Below are positions 31,161-32,000 of a DNA stretch of 32,000 bases, piece by piece (the first letter of the stretch is position 1; each line of letters starts with the position of its first letter). Below the pieces are notes generated by a model that did no database searches, had not been told where the DNA came from, and worked only from the letters and a program-made list of their open reading frames with translations. The position numbers and the translations under genes are program-made. Source of the DNA: Methanobacteriota archaeon (lineage in GTDB: Archaea > Thermoplasmatota > Poseidoniia > Poseidoniales > Poseidoniaceae); NCBI GenBank assembly GCA_002694585.1, contig NZMM01000091.1, positions 1 to 32,000 on the forward strand, written 5' to 3'.

Positions 31161-32000
31161 ATGACGGAGGACCCAAACGACACTCGCCTGCGCCGCTTCG
31201 AGGGACGCCGGGCCTTGGTCACCGGCGCCAGCCGCGGCATCGGGGCCGGTATCGCTGAACGGCTTGCCGCCGAGGGTGCCGATGTGGCGCTCGTCGCTCG
31301 AACTCGGTCGGAACACGCTGTACTTGAGGGCTCACTGGAGGAGACTGCGGCGCGTTGTGAGGCAAACGGCGCTCGCTCGGTGGTCATCGTCGCCGACATC
31401 ACCCGCACCGACGACCGGGAGCGTCTGGTCGGGGAAGCAGTCGAGGGTCTCGGCGGGTCGATCGACGTGTTGGTCAACAACGCAGCGGCGGCGATCTATC
31501 AACCAATGGCCGACTATCCGCTGAAGCGTCGCCATCTCACGTTCGAGGCCAACGTGCACGCGCCGCTCGACCTGGCCCAGGCGGTGCTGCCGTCGATGAT
31601 CGAGGCAGGGGAGGGCTGGATCCTCAACCTGTCGAGCGGCACCGCCCGCCCCTGGGATGGCCCACCCTTCGAGGTCGGCAGTCTGGGCACCACCATTGCG
31701 ATCTATGGCGCGTCAAAAGCGGCGCTCGACCGGCTCACCAATGGCCTCGGCGCGGAACTGTACGGCAGTGGTGTGCGGGTCAACGCCGTGCAGCCACGCG
31801 CAGCCGTGCTCTCGGAAGGCGCGGCCAAGCTCGCCGGCACGAAGTTGCGACCAGAACAGGTCGAGTCGATCGAGCAGATGGTCGAGGGGTCGGTGGTGCT
31901 CGCCTGCTGTGACGAAGACATCACCGGCCGGTCGACGGTCAGCCTCGACAACCTGATCGAGTTCAATCTCGCCGTTCGAGGGCTTGACGCCCGACCGCTG
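31161..32000 (+). CDS. short-chain dehydrogenase/reductase, 3'-truncated by the window edge
   Basis: Absent from the ORF track because no stop falls in the window. Hand translation from ATG 31161 gives MTEDPNDTRLRRFEGRRALVTGASRGIGAGIAERL...NNAAAA...YGASKAAL..., open to position 32000. Confidence 0.8.
   Translation, partial: MTEDPNDTRLRRFEGRRALVTGASRGIGAGIAERLAAEGADVALVARTRSEHAVLEGSLEETAARCEANGARSVVIVADITRTDDRERLVGEAVEGLGGSIDVLVNNAAAAIYQPMADYPLKRRHLTFEANVHAPLDLAQAVLPSMIEAGEGWILNLSSGTARPWDGPPFEVGSLGTTIAIYGASKAALDRLTNGLGAELYGSGVRVNAVQPRAAVLSEGAAKLAGTKLRPEQVESIEQMVEGSVVLACCDEDITGRSTVSLDNLIEFNLAVRGLDARPL

Noticed and set aside
1-32000. CRISPR arrays, rRNA, integrase/transposase/IS elements, toxin-antitoxin pairs or recognisable defence genes.
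   Set aside because: I found no short regularly spaced repeats, rRNA-like segments, recombinase motifs (R-H-R-Y type ORFs) or DDE transposase-like ORFs among the translated ORFs. This absence was judged by eye only.

Overview
High-GC, actinobacterial-type chromosomal window. An Acidimicrobiia-like origin is only an inference from GC content, Thr/Pro-linker lipoproteins and frequent ATGA/GTGA gene overlaps. It falls into four blocks. (i) 0.4-5.9 kb holds cell-envelope glycosylation genes: a flippase-like/GT2 fusion, a GT-C-like polytopic membrane protein, an NAD epimerase and an FAD oxidoreductase. (ii) 5.9-18 kb holds an iron/heme acquisition regulon: a DtxR/IdeR-family repressor, two binding-protein lipoproteins, MhuD-like and HugZ-like heme-degrading enzymes, a siderophore-interacting reductase, a PPOX flavoprotein, two FecCD permeases with an ATPase, a ferritin-like protein and a UPF0016 cation transporter. 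These genes are linked by five copies of a 16-bp palindrome, GTTAGGTATACCTAAC. (iii) 18.2-26.3 kb holds an array of small same-strand cassettes: lipoproteins, a GT-like/sulfotransferase pair, a coiled-coil membrane protein and a trypsin-like protease. The cassettes are separated by four direct copies (plus one fragment) of a ~190-300 nt element. Its 3' module is the 3' half of a tRNA-Pro(GGG), followed by a 12-bp UUCG-capped terminator. This array is the most unusual structure in the window. (iv) 26.4-32 kb holds a PLP decarboxylase, an FAD amine-oxidase-like enzyme, a PhnZ-like HD-domain protein and three SDR genes. I saw no rRNA, intact tRNA, CRISPR array, integrase or transposase. All functional calls rest on motif recognition by eye; no database search was run.
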